Positions 25,207 to 38,766 of a DNA stretch of 64,000 nt are shown here, piece by piece. The translations under genes were made by a program, and so were the position numbers. Origin of the DNA: Camelus ferus (lineage: Eukaryota). The notes under the pieces are model-generated. The model was given only the letters and a program-made list of their open reading frames with translations. It was not told where the DNA came from and searched no databases. How positions within the stretch are numbered: the stretch's first letter is position 1; each line of letters opens with the position of its first letter. The DNA lies in NCBI RefSeq assembly GCF_009834535.1, contig NC_045697.1:32180001-32244000 (forward strand). Direction: 5' to 3'.

Positions 25207-26974
25207 GTGAGCGCTCCGTAGTTTCTCTGTAGCCGCGTGTTAAAAGTTGGTAGGGTGCTCCTGGCGACTTTGAAAAAGTGAAGGGCTCCCTGGCACTACT
25301 GTGAACGCAGGTGCGCCTCTGTAAGACGGGAGGTCTCGCAGCGCGGGCAGCGCGCGGGTTTCTGAGTTCACTGCTCACCGGTGCGACCTTGGGCGAGTCA
25401 CGTCCTCACCTTCCTAATTTGTAATATGAGTAACTCCTTGATTGTTTATGCCAGGCACTGGTCTAAGTGTGTATTTAATTTTAAAAGCCTGTTGAGGAAG
25501 CTGCTAGTATAATCTCCATTTTCCTGCAATTTTTTTTGCCGTGTAACCTGGTAAAGTTACTTGACCTTTCTGTGACTGTTGCTAATAAAACACCGAATTG
25601 TTATTTGTGAGAACTGCACGATGTTAAGGCACAGAGTCCAGTATCTAGACTAAGAAGTGTCTGTGACTTAGCTTCTCTTTGTTTTATTATTTGATTTTAC
25701 CTCAGCCAGAGCAAAACTGCATTTGTGATTCCATTCTTATGGTTGAATAAAGTGGGGTTCAGCAACACCAAAAACTATACCGTCAGATGACTATGAAGAG
25801 ATGCAGTTTAGGCAGTGAACTAGTTGAAGGCAAATTATGAATAACTGGAAAAATAAAATGCTTTATGTGTTATCAGTTTGACCCTTTTCTAAAATATCTG
25901 TGGAATGTAAAATGGATTTATGTTGGAATTCAGAGTTCTTAAAAATGGTGCAGTATTGTATCTTGCATTGGGCGGGGGGAATCGACAGGGCAAACAAATT
26001 AGGTTTCGTTTTTTTGAAGAATTTCTTTCAGATGTAGTTAACACTTTTATTGTCTGTCTTGTATTGGAATATTTATTTAAAAAGGAAACTTAAGCTCAGG
26101 AGAATTGTGTATTGTTACTTCACTTTTTTTTTTGCCGATTGTGAAATACAAATTTAGCTTTGGAAAAGTGTAATGTTTAGAGTACAAAAAACTGACATTT
26201 TACTTAAATACTAATTTTTAGCAGCTTGCAGTGAGTCTTGTTAAAACATTGAGGTGTGTGTAGCTAAAAATCAGGAGTTAACATTTTAAAATATTTTGAA
26301 AATTTAGTTTATAAATAAGAACCTGTTTTTTTCCTGATGTTATTTATTTATTTATTTTTCCCTCTCTCCAGAGAAGTTGTGAAGTAACAAAATTGTATCT
26401 AAATTACCCCCCACCCTCCAGGAGAAAGAAGTATTTATTATTACTTGCACCATGTGAGGAGAACACTGGGGATCTTTCCCAAAGCAGTGTCTCCTAAACT
26501 AAAGTTTTGAAGTCTCTGTTAGGAGTCCAGATTTTTAAGTAGACCTGACTCTGGTGATTAAATGTGTGATGGGGCAAAAAACTTTCTTCTTCTCTTCCAG
26601 CTTTTCTGTAGCTTTTTGTTGCAAGAGGTTTTGTTCAACCAGGAGCTCTAATGCTATTCAGCAGTTCCAGGTTTCCTGTATTCTTCATTCATGAAAATAC
26701 ATTCAGTTCTTCATTGGCTTTCTAAGTGGTAGAAATATTATAAGGGACTTTTATTTAGCTGTATGGTCACCGTTGACAGTGAATTAGTTGATGTCCTGCT
26801 ATAATCCAGTTGCTTGAAATATGAGTTTAGCCATATATTTCTTTATTGTCAGAGGAATAATATAAATAATATAAATGCTATAAATGAAATTGTTCAAAGA
26901 ACACTGAAAAAAATCCTTTGATTTAGTATACTTGTTTCATATTGTCTAATGTAGTATTTCTCTCTCCTTTCTAG

Positions 26975-27086
26975 GAAAAAATTGATATGTCTAGATTCCC
27001 TGTTGAAAATATTAGAAATTTCAGTATCATTGCACATGTGGACCATGGCAAAAGTACTTTAGCTGACAGACTTCTGGAACTAACAG
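26975..27086 (+). CDS. GUF1: GUF1 exon 2 (G1 P-loop)
   Basis: [37 protein letters not shown](G); AG/GT flanks; LepA-type AHVDHGKST. Confidence 0.97.
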
Positions 27087-27230
27087 GTATTTTCATTTTA
27101 TATTGTATACTTAATGGCATTGGGTGATAATTATTTTTTACCTTTTTAAAAAAAATCTTGCTTTTAATTTTATATACAGTATTGTCTTTTTAAAAGCTCA
27201 AAGAAATATCTATAAACATTTCTATTATAG

Positions 27231-27379
27231 GGACAATTGATAAAACAAAAAATAATAAACAAGTTCTTGATAAATTGCAAGTGGAACGGGAAAGAGGAAT
27301 CACTGTTAAAGCACAGACAGCATCTCTCTTCTATAATTGGGAAGGAAAGCAGTACCTTTTAAATCTCATCGATACACCG
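27231..27379 (+). CDS. GUF1: GUF1 exon 3 (G2, start of G3)
   Basis: [53 protein letters not shown] flanks. Confidence 0.97.
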
Positions 27380-27658
27380 GTAAGTTTAATACTATTTTTG
27401 TCTCTTGTTAAAGTCAGCCTGGTATTAATAGTGCAAACAAATCCTTTGCTGAGTTTTTGAACTGAACATTAAACACCTAAATTTACTTTGTGTCTTCTCA
27501 GTCTTCTTATATTAGTGTAAATTGTTTCACAAGCACAGGCTAAAAGAAAAACTTATTAAATTTTTATCAAGTGGAGTCCATAGGTTTGCCATAATGTCCG
27601 TCCGTAAAAAACGTTTAAACTCTAACATTTAGCGGTATCAATATTTTTTGTTTCTCAG

Positions 27659-27739
27659 GGCCATGTTGATTTTAGTTATGAAGTATCCAGGTCACTCTCT
27701 GCTTGCCAGGGTGTTTTACTTGTGGTTGATGCAAATGAG
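27659..27739 (+). CDS. GUF1: GUF1 exon 4
   Basis: [27 protein letters not shown]; completes DTPGH; AG/GT flanks. Confidence 0.97.
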
Positions 27740-28595
27740 GTAGGTACTTTTATATGATGTGTCATGCTATTTGGTTGTTTCAAGGTTTTCCTTAAAATAG
27801 AATTTTGGAAATAGAATTTTTATGTTTGAAGAAGATAAGATTTATTTTATAACACAACCAAAATCATGTACTTTAGTCCTGTTAATTTGAAGTTTTATTA
27901 CACTAAAGTGATCTATGAAATTGACTGGTTCATCCTTTAAGGATTTTTAAGTTGATCTGAGGAATTGTTCGATAGATTTTTGAAGTATGTCGTATTATAC
28001 ATACCTCCTACCAAAAAACTCAATTTTAAGCAGATCTTAATCTGAGGTTTCAGTTTTTACCAGAACTTGAAAATAAATCTTTATTTTTGAGGTCATTCTG
28101 GGTGTTTTTAAGGTAATAATTTGGGAAGTTAGGTTTAAAGAAACATGTCAATAACACTACTAAGTTCTTTTATAATATAAACGTAACCATAGAAACATAC
28201 TCAGATGAGAATATAAGAGCTATCATACACTATTTAAAGTGAACTTTTGGTATGTTTCGGTTTCTCACAAACTCTTCATTCAAAACCCAAAGTTTTTTTT
28301 TCTGTGTTAAACTTTCCCTGATCCTGTCAGTTTCTCCCTTAATAGGCTTTGAGGACCTTGAGGGTACATGTTTCTCCACTCTTTTACCAGTGCGTAACAC
28401 AGTGCCCTCCAAAAAATGTTTCCTGAACTGAAAGGAATTTTCACAGGGAATGATGCAGTTGCATGGTGGTATAGATACCATAGTTTGCCTTATACCTTTG
28501 CTCTTGATGAAGATGTGTGGAATGGTCTTGAATTACAACTTTTGTAATAGATGGAAAGGTGATCATCTTGGTATCTTGGTCTTGATTATTTTTAG

Positions 28596-28673
28596 GGTAT
28601 TCAAGCCCAAACTGTAGCAAACTTCTTTCTGGCCTTTGAAGCACAGCTGTCGGTAATTCCAGTTATAAACAAG
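28596..28673 (+). CDS. GUF1: GUF1 exon 5
   Basis: [30 protein letters not shown] flanks. Confidence 0.96.
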
Positions 28674-28770
28674 GTAATTACAATGAGACAAGAGTGCTAT
28701 TTATTATTTTACTTTCTAAAAGTAAATTTAGTGTTTAGTCGAATTTGAATTTTCAACTATTCATTAAAAG

Positions 28771-29667
28771 GAGTTGACACTTAAACATCATGAGGGGTTA
28801 AAGGCACCAACCGCCTGTGCAGTTGAAAATCAACATATAACTTTTGACTCCCCACAAACTTTACTACCAATAACGTACTGTTAACTGAAGCCTTACCAAT
28901 AATATAAAGTCTTTTAACACATACTTTGTATGTGTTACGTGTATTATGTACTGTACTCTTACAATAAAGTAAGCTAGAGAGAAAAAGTAAAGAAAATCGT
29001 AAAGAGAAAATAAGTTTACAGTATTGTATTTGATACTGTTTACATCATCAATTGATTTATTATTTCTGAGTACCTACATCAGTATTGTCTTGTGTGATAC
29101 AAAACACTGTAGATATTATAATGTATTATTGACATTAGACATCAAAAATTAAAAGATAATGTGAAAAAGAAATCATGTTTATTTGCAGGTATAGTGATTC
29201 ATGGATTGATAATGAAAAAGCAGCAATATAATTGCTTTATGCTTGTCTAGTGTAATCGATGATTGTTTCCCAGTAGCCTAGCCTATTCAGTAATGAATGA
29301 ATTGTTACCAATTTTTATGGCATATAGTATCACAGTCATATATTACAGTTTTAGAAACATTGTTATGTTTTTTAAAAAACCACTTACCTGTGATGATAGG
29401 CTGATACACAGTTTCTCCAATTATGAGAGAGAGGCATACTGTATGGTAATACAATTTTTTGAAAGCAAAGTTATAAAACAGTAAGAAAACTAACATTATT
29501 AATTTTATATTAAATATCACTCATCTTATGCCTGTGTAGGAATAGGTTATTCCCCCACAATAAAAATCTTGCACATGATATACAGGTATATTTTTGTATA
29601 TTTATGGAAAAAATCCATGTACAAGTGGACCTGCACAGTTGAAACCCTGTTATTCAAGAGTTAACTG
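28771..29667 (+). mobile_element. Tigger2-derived non-autonomous DNA transposon (TcMar)
   Basis: Degenerate TIRs GAGTTGACACTTAAACA / TATTCAAGAGTTAACTG followed by TA; internal ATAACTTTTGACTCCCC and CTTACAATAAAGTAAGCTAGAGA motifs. Confidence 0.8.
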
Positions 29668-30371
29668 TAAATTGGTGGGATTTATTTCTTTGAATTGCAT
29701 GAGATAAAATTGGCATGTCAAACTCCTGTACCTTGGCATGTAGTTGAGAAGATGGTCTCCCTGAGTTACATGGAGTGATGGAGGGTTGTTTCTGTGGGAA
29801 AGAGACATGCAGGGCAGCCAAAATATTCTGTTAGACTAAACTATATAAAGGAAAAGAGGAAGAGCTTATGAACTAGGAGGAAACAGTGTAACACGGGAAA
29901 CGTAAAGGTTAAGTGCTAAACTGAGCACTGTTGATAAAGTTTAATTCTTACATTTTAAAGTTAATTAATTAAGAATTTTAGTTAAAAATCTACATTGCAT
30001 TCAGTTTTATTTTTTGATACTGGAGTTTAAAAGAAGCAAGGTTGCTCATACGTAAGACAGTTTGTTGTTGGTGATGTCTAACTTACAAAATTCGTTTGCA
30101 TGGTGATGTTATTGAAATCTTCTGCCTTGAGTAGCTAACTGCCTAAATTTTTTTCTTATTTTGCTGTCTGCCCTCTATTTTCACTGGACATGCTTGTTAA
30201 AATTTTATTGCCTTTTTCTAGATTATTCTTATTTTAATACTTTTGAAAATAAAATTGTAGAGGGGTCAGTTAGATTAAAAGTGGATATACTTCAGACTAT
30301 CTCCAAATATTATTAGTATGTAATACAGTTAATTTCAATATATTATGACATAATGAATTTTTTTTTTCAAG

Positions 30372-30455
30372 ATAGATTTGAAGAATGCTGATCCTGAAAG
30401 GGTTGAAAAACAAATTGAAAAGGTGTTTGATATTTCAAGTGATGAATGTATTAAG
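30372..30455 (+). CDS. GUF1: GUF1 exon 6
   Basis: [28 protein letters not shown]; completes the G4 NKID motif; AAG acceptor, GTAAAA donor. Confidence 0.95.
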
Positions 30456-31274
30456 GTAAAATACCTTTTTTTTTTTTTTGAAGACTTGGGTATACTTTCA
30501 AAAATATCAGATAATTGGTCTAGGTAAAATTTCATAGTTTTTGATAGCCCATCATTATAGTTTTCCAGAGTTCTTCTGCTGTTTCATTTGATCTTTGCCA
30601 AAAATTGTTATTACATGGTTAGGAATTACTTTTATGATACAGTTGAAAGAACTAAGGCTGAAAGATTTTATCATTTTCTTAAGATTGTAGATGTAGTTAG
30701 CTAATGTGCCAGGACTAAAATGTGGGTCTCCTTCAACTCTTTGCCGTATTATTTCTTGTATGCCATTTTACCTCTGTGGAAATATTCTCTTTAAAGAGCA
30801 GGGTCAGGCTAATTTCAAGGCATTTATACATATCATTCTTGGAAATAGATTTTATTTATATCAAAGTTGATACTATTTTATATTTGAATTTTTAAATTTA
30901 CCTTTCAAACGTTGGTTGTTTTGGGTATTAAATAGCCACGACCCAACTGTGCTTTGTGCTACATGCTCGTGTAGTAAGTTTGTCAGTGTAATACTACAGT
31001 GTTTAGTTTCCACCTTCAATTTTTGATTTTTGAAAAAGGTTGTTTTGGCTGATGAAGTATTTTTTGGTTGGTTAATCTTAAACATTTAGATGATTATATA
31101 CAACTTTGTAATAACTGGAAAAGCAGTAACTTTTCTTTCTTGGAGATATATATATAGAATTTAAGAGTTTTTATTATGAGGAGGGACTTCGTTATAAGGT
31201 AGTCCTGGAATTATGGTATGACTTGGATTACGTTATTTTAAACTATAATTAATTATTCAGATATTAATGAATCT

Positions 31275-32900
31275 TTACCAAATTCATTTGTCTACTGAGT
31301 GGTGTGTGCTAGCTAGGGGCACAGCAGTGAACAGTACAGACAAGACCACTGTCTTGTGTTTATGTTCTACTGGGGAGGCATTCATTAAAGAAATAAATAA
31401 AGAAGTAAATATAGTAATTATTGAATGAGACAGGTGTTGCCAAGGAAATTCATTCAACAGTGTATTGTTCCAGGTGGAATTACTGTACTTAATAGTGGAA
31501 AAATCTTTTTTCTCAAAAAGGTGCTATGATGCAGAGAAATTTAGGGAATTCCTCTCTGACGAACTGAGACTTAAAGGAATGAAGAGTTAGGAGAAATGCA
31601 TTCCTGGAAGAGGAAACATGTCATGTTTGGTATGTTTAAGGAAGAGAAAGGAATCAACTTAGATGAGATGGTTTTGTAGGGATAGGCAGGAGTCAAGTCA
31701 TGCTAGACATGTGCTAAAGAGTTTGAAAATTATTTTAAGATAATGAAAGGATTTTAAAGCAAGAGAGGAAAATAAACTGATCATTCAGTTTGTTTTATAG
31801 AGAATGGATTAGAAAAGGGTAAGAGATGGGGAGAAACCAGCTTGCAGTGATAGCCCAGGTGCAAAATGGTGATGGCTAAGTATGTGATGCTGATGTTGGA
31901 GAAGTTGGCAAATTTCATGTATGTTTTGTGGATACAGTAGATTTTGCTGATATGTTACATGTAAGGAAACAACGTAAAGAATCATGGAGGCTTTAGGTTT
32001 GAGCACCGACTTTGGGTTTGAGCACCTAGTTGAATACTGGTATTTATTAATATGGCAAGGACTTGGGGAGGAACAGATTAAGTGGGAAAATGAAAAGCTC
32101 TGTTTTGGACATAGTGGGTTTGAAATGTCTATTAAACATCCAAGTAGAGATATTGCATAAATCTACAATTCTGACATTTGGGGAGAGGGCTGGGTCAGAG
32201 ATATTTAGGAATCATTAGTATGTATGTGGTATTGAAGCCATGAGAATGGTTGCCACTTCCTGAGGAGAAGGTGTAGCTAGAGAAGAGGTGCTGAAAGTCA
32301 GACTATATTATTGTCAATTTGCAGGGTATTACGAGTAAGAACTTGAGAAAGATTAGAGAGTGGGATTCAGAACAGAAGTATGCAAGGATTTCAGAGAAGT
32401 GGAAATACAGATTGTAACAGGAGAGAAGGTAAAGAGATTGTGGATATGGGTGTAGATGGATTTGTATATTTGGGTAAAAGAGTTTTTGATATTTTCTGTT
32501 TCCTTAAATGAAATAAGAGGAAAAGTCATCAACTGAAAGTGAATCGACGGGAGTGGAAAATGTGTGGATTGAAAAGGAAGGTGATGTGAGTTATCTTAAC
32601 AAGTGGTGATGTGAATTTAGTAAGGGGCGTGTCCTGGGACTGCCAGGAAGTGTTAACTGCACATTGAAATTCATGAATTCACAAACCAACCAGATCAGTT
32701 CCTTTTCTCTAGTAATGTTAAGTTGCTCTGATTATAAGCATAGAAAAGACACACAGTTGGATAGAGTCACAGTCTAGGTTTTACCAACTACTTAAGATGG
32801 AGAATAGAAAGTGGTTGAACAGAGTGATTATTAGTGGACTGTGGAGTCTCAGCCGGGAAAGGAAGCAGAGGGGCCAATGGATAATGAAAAAAAAAAAAAA
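31275..32900 (-). mobile_element. L2 LINE remnant
   Basis: Purine-rich plus strand with L2 3' motifs (CACAGCAGTGAACA..ACAGACAA, TGTTTTGGACAT..GGTTTGAAATGTCTATTAAACATCCAAGT). Boundaries approximate. Confidence 0.65.
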
Positions 32901-32973
32901 AAACTAGTCCATTCAGTGGATTAGAGGTTGTGATCTGAAAGGATTGTTACAAAGAATGGACTAGAGTCTAAAG

Positions 32974-33186
32974 CAGTGATTGTCATGAGGAGGCAGTTGT
33001 GTCCCTCCAGGAAATACTTGGCAATGTCTGGAGACCTTTTTTGTTGTTACACTGGGGGACAGGTGCTACTGCCATCTTGTGGGTAAAGATTCCATGGATG
33101 CTGTTAAGCTTCTTGTAATGCACAGAAGAGCTTCCAAAACAGAATTATCTAGCCCGAAGTATCCTTAGTGCTGAGGTGTGAGGCTG
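32974..33186 (+). mobile_element. MER20 (hAT-Charlie)
   Basis: TTGGCAATGTCTGGAGAC...TGCTACTGCCATCT...GGATGCTGTTAA...AGAATTATCTAGCCC...AGTGCTGAGG; 8-bp TSD-like GTCTAAAG/ATCTAGAA. Confidence 0.85.
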
Positions 33187-33765
33187 ATCTAGAAGGAGTT
33201 TAGAGGGTAAGAAAAACTTGATTTAGCGAATTGAGTTTGAAATCAGGATTTCAGACAGTCCAATTACTGGTAATGACAAAGGTCAGACACGTGTGTGTGT
33301 CTTTTGGCCTGCTTTTTCTGTATGAGAGCAGTAGTCATAATATGCCCTATTTGCCATGCATGTATATTTTTATCCATGCAACAACCTTGAGATTCAGGTA
33401 AAATGTGAAAAATCATTTTATTCATCAGATGAACTTGAAACTTTATGTTATGTATTGGTCAAAGTCATATGTTACATGTAGAGTTATGATTATAACCCAG
33501 ATTTTTGTGAACTCTTGGTCCTTTGCTCTTTCAATATCATAATCAGAATGCTCTTATGATTTAATCCAAGAACTAGAGAATCATCTAACTAGTGAAGAGC
33601 ATTTATCAATCTATTATATGCTTTGTGCTTCCTTTTACTGTGTTCTCCAAGCAAATCAATAACTTTTAGAATTCTTTCTTTTTTTCTGATCGTAAAGCTC
33701 AGTTACCAGGATAAAAAAGTAGTCTTAACTTTAAATGTTTATTGTTTTCATGTACATATTTTTAG

Positions 33766-33830
33766 ATTTCTGCTAAACTTGGAACAAATGTTGAAAGTGT
33801 TCTTCAGGCAGTCATCAAACGAATACCCTC
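33766..33830 (+). CDS. GUF1: GUF1 exon 7
   Basis: ISAKLGTNVESVLQAVIKRIP(S); G5 SAK motif; AG/GT flanks. Confidence 0.95.
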
Positions 33831-34353
33831 GTAAGAATTTTGCTCTTTTTATTCTATTCATTTATCTTTAATAGTACAAAGTCCATTAATTTTATCTGTT
33901 ATTTTAGCTTAGAAGCTATGGCAAATATACTCTTTGTGGTCAGTGAGAATTTTTTATTTTTTTTATTTTTAGTAATACATAGAAGGCAAATACAGTACAG
34001 AAAAATCAAAAAACAAGGATGATAGGGATTTCTTAACAGTCGTGTTAATAGACTTGAAGACTTTGGTAATTACTGTTTTTTGCTTTAATATTGAACATAA
34101 ATATTTCATCAGTTTCATAAGTAATTTTAAAACACTCATTTAAAATGTATTTAAAACGTGAGTTTGAATTAAAGCTAATATAAATATAGGTATTGTATCT
34201 TATTTTATAGAAGGGTCTTTATTTTGATCGTCAGTTATTAACTTTTCTCAAATACTAAAATAAATTAAGCATAAAATTTGGCTTCAAAATAGGCATTTTA
34301 TTAAGATTTTAATTTATTATGTGTATGTTTGTTTTTTACTTACTTTTTAATAG

Positions 34354-34557
34354 TCCTAAAGCACATCAAAAAAATCCCCTGAGAGCTTTGGTATTTGACT
34401 CCACCTTTGATCAGTATAGAGGTGTGATAGCTAATGTGGCATTATTTGATGGAGCGGTTTCCAAAGGAGATAAAATTGTATCTGCACATACTCAAAAGAC
34501 ATACGAAGTTAATGAAGTAGGAGTTCTGAATCCTAATGAGCAGCCAACTCATAAACT
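34354..34557 (+). CDS. GUF1: GUF1 exon 8
   Basis: [67 protein letters not shown](L); AG/GT flanks. Confidence 0.96.
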
Positions 34558-35110
34558 GTAAGTAATCTGCGTTAGTAATTAAAAGACACTTGCACATGTT
34601 TCTGTTTCTGCCTTTCTCAACTTGGTATGCTTAGCATGCTCCCAGTTTGATAACAGGAAAAAAAAGCAAAGATTATTTAATGCACTACATGGTGAACGCT
34701 ATTTCAAAAGGAATCTCATGTGTGAGGGGGAGTAGGAATTTGATATATATATTTTTTATTCCTTTGACTAGCTATAACTGATTTTTTGATCTGGTGCAGA
34801 TTGGGTCCTACATGATGGATTTGATGAGATAGTGAAAGAGGTAGTTCTCTCATCTATATCCATATCCACACTGGGTATCACTTTTTGGCATTTAATTTTT
34901 TTTATAATTAGATTTTTCAGCATAAACGTAGTGAAGAAAATTTGATAACGATTTAGTGTGGAATTCATGGTAAAACTTTGATTAGAGTTCATGGCATGTG
35001 GAGTTAAGTAAGGTTAGTGTACATTACAAAAGTTGAGTTCTGAGCTCATTTATAAAACATATTTATTGAGTGTTTATTCCATCGGTACTCCAGGTACTGA
35101 TGAGATAGTT

Positions 35111-35152
35111 TCCTCTGAGCACGTAGTCCTCTGAGGACGTAGTCCTCTGAGG
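35111..35152. repeat. 16-bp tandem repeat, about 2.6 copies
   Basis: TCCTCTGAGCACGTAG TCCTCTGAGGACGTAG TCCTCTGAGG. Confidence 0.9.
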
Positions 35153-36063
35153 TCTTTGTTTCCTATTTGTAAAATTTTACATATTAAACCAGGTGACTAT
35201 ATAAGGTCACAGTTGATGGTTTAATGTTGTATGTCTAAAACTAGCACTATTTTGTCATTTTATATTTAGTTGAAAATCATAAAGTATCTTTTAATTTTAC
35301 TCAGATATTTCTAAATCCTGTCCATATTCTTATTTAGTTACTTACTGAAGTATAGTTGATTTCTAGTATTATGTTAGTGTTAGGTTTACAGCATTGTAAT
35401 TCAGTATTTTTACAGACTATATGCCATTAGAAGTTATTACAGGACAATAGCTATAATTCTCTGTGCTTTAGAAAGTCTGTCTATATTCTGTGACATTTAT
35501 ATTGACCATTAGTGCATCTTCAAGGAAATTTGCTTTGGGAAAAAAAAAACAAAAACAAAAAAACTAAGATAAAACTCTGAAACCTTGGGATTTACTCTTT
35601 TTCTGCAAGAGGCAAATCAGAGAAGAATCAGATCCGTTGAGAGTTGACATTTTTCTGCTTGATTAAAAGAAAATAGATACATATTTTTTTCTTTTAAAGA
35701 ACATTTGTAATACAATTTACTGATAAAATAGACATTTCAAAAAGTGGTTTTTGTTTCTGCGCTTCTCAGTTTCACTGTGTTTACATTGTATTTTAGAAGC
35801 TGTTGTTTAATATGCAAAGGGGGCAGAGTCATGAAGAAGGCCCTAGGCTTGTGTGGCAGAGGTCCTTGGTAATGGATTGTAAGGCATGGTATGTTCTTTT
35901 GCTGACAATCCTTACAGTTGAGGGTTGATATGTAACACTTATTTCCAGTTTGATGAAGTTTTGTTTGGAAAGGGTGATCATTTCTTGGAAAGGCAGAGCT
36001 GATTGTGAGGATGCACTTGAAACATTGAAACAGTAAATATTTCTACATAATAATTTTATTTAG

Positions 36064-36203
36064 ATATGCAGGCCAGGTGGGCTATCTGATTGCTGGGATG
36101 AAAGATGTCTCTGAAGCACAAATAGGAGATACATTATATTTACATAAACAACCAGTGGAACCCATGCCTGGGTTTAAATCAGCGAAGCCAATGGTATTTG
36201 CAG
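36064..36203 (+). CDS. GUF1: GUF1 exon 9
   Basis: [46 protein letters not shown](G); AG/GT flanks. Confidence 0.96.
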
Positions 36204-37328
36204 GTGAGGAGCTCACTTATTCAAAGGATAAGGGCCAATTTACTCTGTAAATTGAAATAAAAATTATTAGAAATACTCCTTTTGAAAAACAGCTAATTCC
36301 AGGATAATCTGCTTCTCTTAATTGGCTTTTTTTGTGGGTGTGCTATTTACATATCAGTTAATTTCATATGTGTAGTGAAACTTTATATGGGAGATCATTT
36401 CCTAAATTTTTTTAGGACTTCTTAAGAAATAAGCTCTTGAGAAAAAAGCTCTCACATATGGAAGAGCATAGTAATATGAATTTCCTTCTTGTTTCACTAA
36501 AGAGTGGGTTATTATATTTGAAACACTTTTCTAATTAGGATGTTTTTATTACTAATTATCAGTGACATTTCCTGAGTGCCTTCCCCTTTGCTGGCCTTTC
36601 TTCACTGCTGTATTGTGCTAGTGCAGACATGGCAGGGAATAGTGTCACCTCACAGATGTATAACTTCAGAACCTTTTACTTCTGTGTGGTATTACAGACA
36701 TTTGAAAAAGGAGGACCTGATTGAAGGTCATGAAGTTACTCTGTGCTGGGTATCCAAATCCTTATTTTCTCCCTTTAGTGTCTCTCACTGGGAATTATGA
36801 ATTTTGTTTACTATGCTGCCCTCCCTCGTTCCCTCCTCTCCTATTTACGCAAAGTCAGTCATTTGGATTTTGGAGGACTTAAGAGGTGAGGACTTGGATA
36901 TGAGATGATAGAGAATCTGATGAGTCCTTAGTTTTTGTTTTCGTTTCTACTTCTATTTTTTTTATCTGCTAATGGAGTGGTTGTGGTATGTCTTGCACTT
37001 TTGTTTCTTGAAATAAACACAATATATTTTTCTGGTAGGCCTAAATCCTGTAGTTCTTTTTTGTTTTTTCTATATTTTTTGCAAAAGGAAAAGCATTGCT
37101 TTGAGTGTGAATCTGGTGGTAAATTCATAAAGCTATGAAACTTGCAAGATACTTTGAAGCCAACGTAACTTAATATTCATGGTTTTCTTCATAAACCAGT
37201 ATCTTGATCACTGAAAGATAGGAAAGTAATTTAAAAGCTAAATGATTATTTTTGAACTTGGCAGCAGTTTGTATTAAATTTTCTGTGCCGCTTTTTACAT
37301 GTAATAATTAGAAACATTGTGTCCCCAG

Positions 37329-37452
37329 GGATGTACCCTGTAGACCAGTCTGAATATAATAACCTGAAGAGTGCTGTAGAAAAGCTGACTCTGAATGATT
37401 CCAGTGTGACAGTTCATCGGGATAATAGCCTTGCTCTAGGTGCTGGCTGGAG
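37329..37452 (+). CDS. GUF1: GUF1 exon 10
   Basis: [40 protein letters not shown](R); AG/GT flanks. Confidence 0.96.
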
Positions 37453-37817
37453 GTAAGGTTCAGTTATGTTGTAGAGTCCCATCTTTATTGAAAAGTAAAG
37501 TTTAAATGGTTTATTACTCTTGAACATTTCTGAAGATAAGTTCATATTAGTGTACAGTGAACTAAAACAATGTCTACCTGTTTCTTGCTGTGGATTCTCT
37601 CTATACTCTCTGGGTAAGTTTTATAGCATTTTAAATAGAACCCCAGTGGAAGATCTGAACATTACTTAGTGAGATTATGCTGGCATTTAATTATGATGTC
37701 AATTGATGGAATGACTCTTGATTCCACCCCTCTCCCACAAAATAACAATATATTCATCAAAGAAAATAGAGCCCATGGGACATAAACATTTTGGAGTTTG
37801 GCTTTTTCTCCCCACAG

Positions 37818-37950
37818 ATTAGGATTTCTTGGACTTTTGCATATGGAAGTTTTCAACCAGCGACTAGAGCAAGAATATAATGCTTCTGTTATTTTGACAA
37901 CTCCTACTGTTCCATATAAAGCTGTTCTTTCATCAACAAAATTGATAAAG
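37818..37950 (+). CDS. GUF1: GUF1 exon 11
   Basis: [44 protein letters not shown]; Lep[10 protein letters not shown] motif. Confidence 0.97.
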
Positions 37951-38622
37951 GTACTCTTCTGAGCCAGCATACAAAGGAAAATTAAATAGTGTGTGTGTCT
38001 TTATGTATATGCAGAATGCAAAAGAAACTTTTTAGAACCCCAGTAGCTGACTGTTAAAACAAATGTACACTGTACTTCAGTTTTTTAAAAAAACTAAACA
38101 TTTGTCGATTAGTAGTAATAAAAAGTGAATCACCTAATGACTAATGATGGAGAAGTTACTTGAGAACTAATTTGTGCAGTATTTATACGAACCTGGTAAA
38201 ATCTCCACATTATCAATACTAGTCTGTTAGTAAGGTGAAAAGTAGAATTAGTAATGAAAATACTGTTCTAAATTTAGTGGAAAGATGAATATAATTTTGG
38301 TCATAAGTAATTTATCTTTTGAAAAGTGATGCATTCATTCCTACATGACTAGGAAATTTTAGATTTCAAGTTAATGATAGAGACAATATTGTATTCCATC
38401 TAAGTGGCAATCTGTTCATTTTAAACAAATACTAACTTTGGCAACTAAGTATTTTCCAACAAAATTAACTTACAGTGCCTTATAAAGGGCAGATTAAAAT
38501 GTATTCTTACATCATTTTTTTCCTAAATGGTACATGAAATGTGTTTGGTAAATGTCAGTAATGTGGATACATTAATAATTGTTATTAAATGATCACAAAT
38601 CAATGATTTTTCTTATTTTTAG

Positions 38623-38766
38623 GAATACAGAGAAAAGGAAATTATAATCATCAATCCTGCACAATTCCCTGATAAATCAAAAGTGGTAGAATATTTGGAG
38701 CCAGTTGTTTTGGGCACAATTATCACACCAGATGAATATATTGGAAAAATAATGATGCTTTGCCAG
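38623..38766 (+). CDS. GUF1: GUF1 exon 12
   Basis: [52 protein letters not shown] flanks. Confidence 0.96.

Larger units (their letters stand above)
24740..25400. promoter_or_regulatory. GUF1: CpG island / GUF1 promoter and exon 1
   Basis: Abrupt GC- and CpG-rich segment in an otherwise CpG-depleted window, overlapping the GUF1 start codon. Confidence 0.9.

Noticed and set aside
24817..25378. Several long overlapping ORFs (134, 142, 80 and 62 aa), including a GTG-initiated in-frame extension of GUF1
   Set aside because: Expected in a GC-rich CpG island with few stop codons. Only 25042-25206 fits the GUF1 exon structure, and an extension would bury the mitochondrial presequence.
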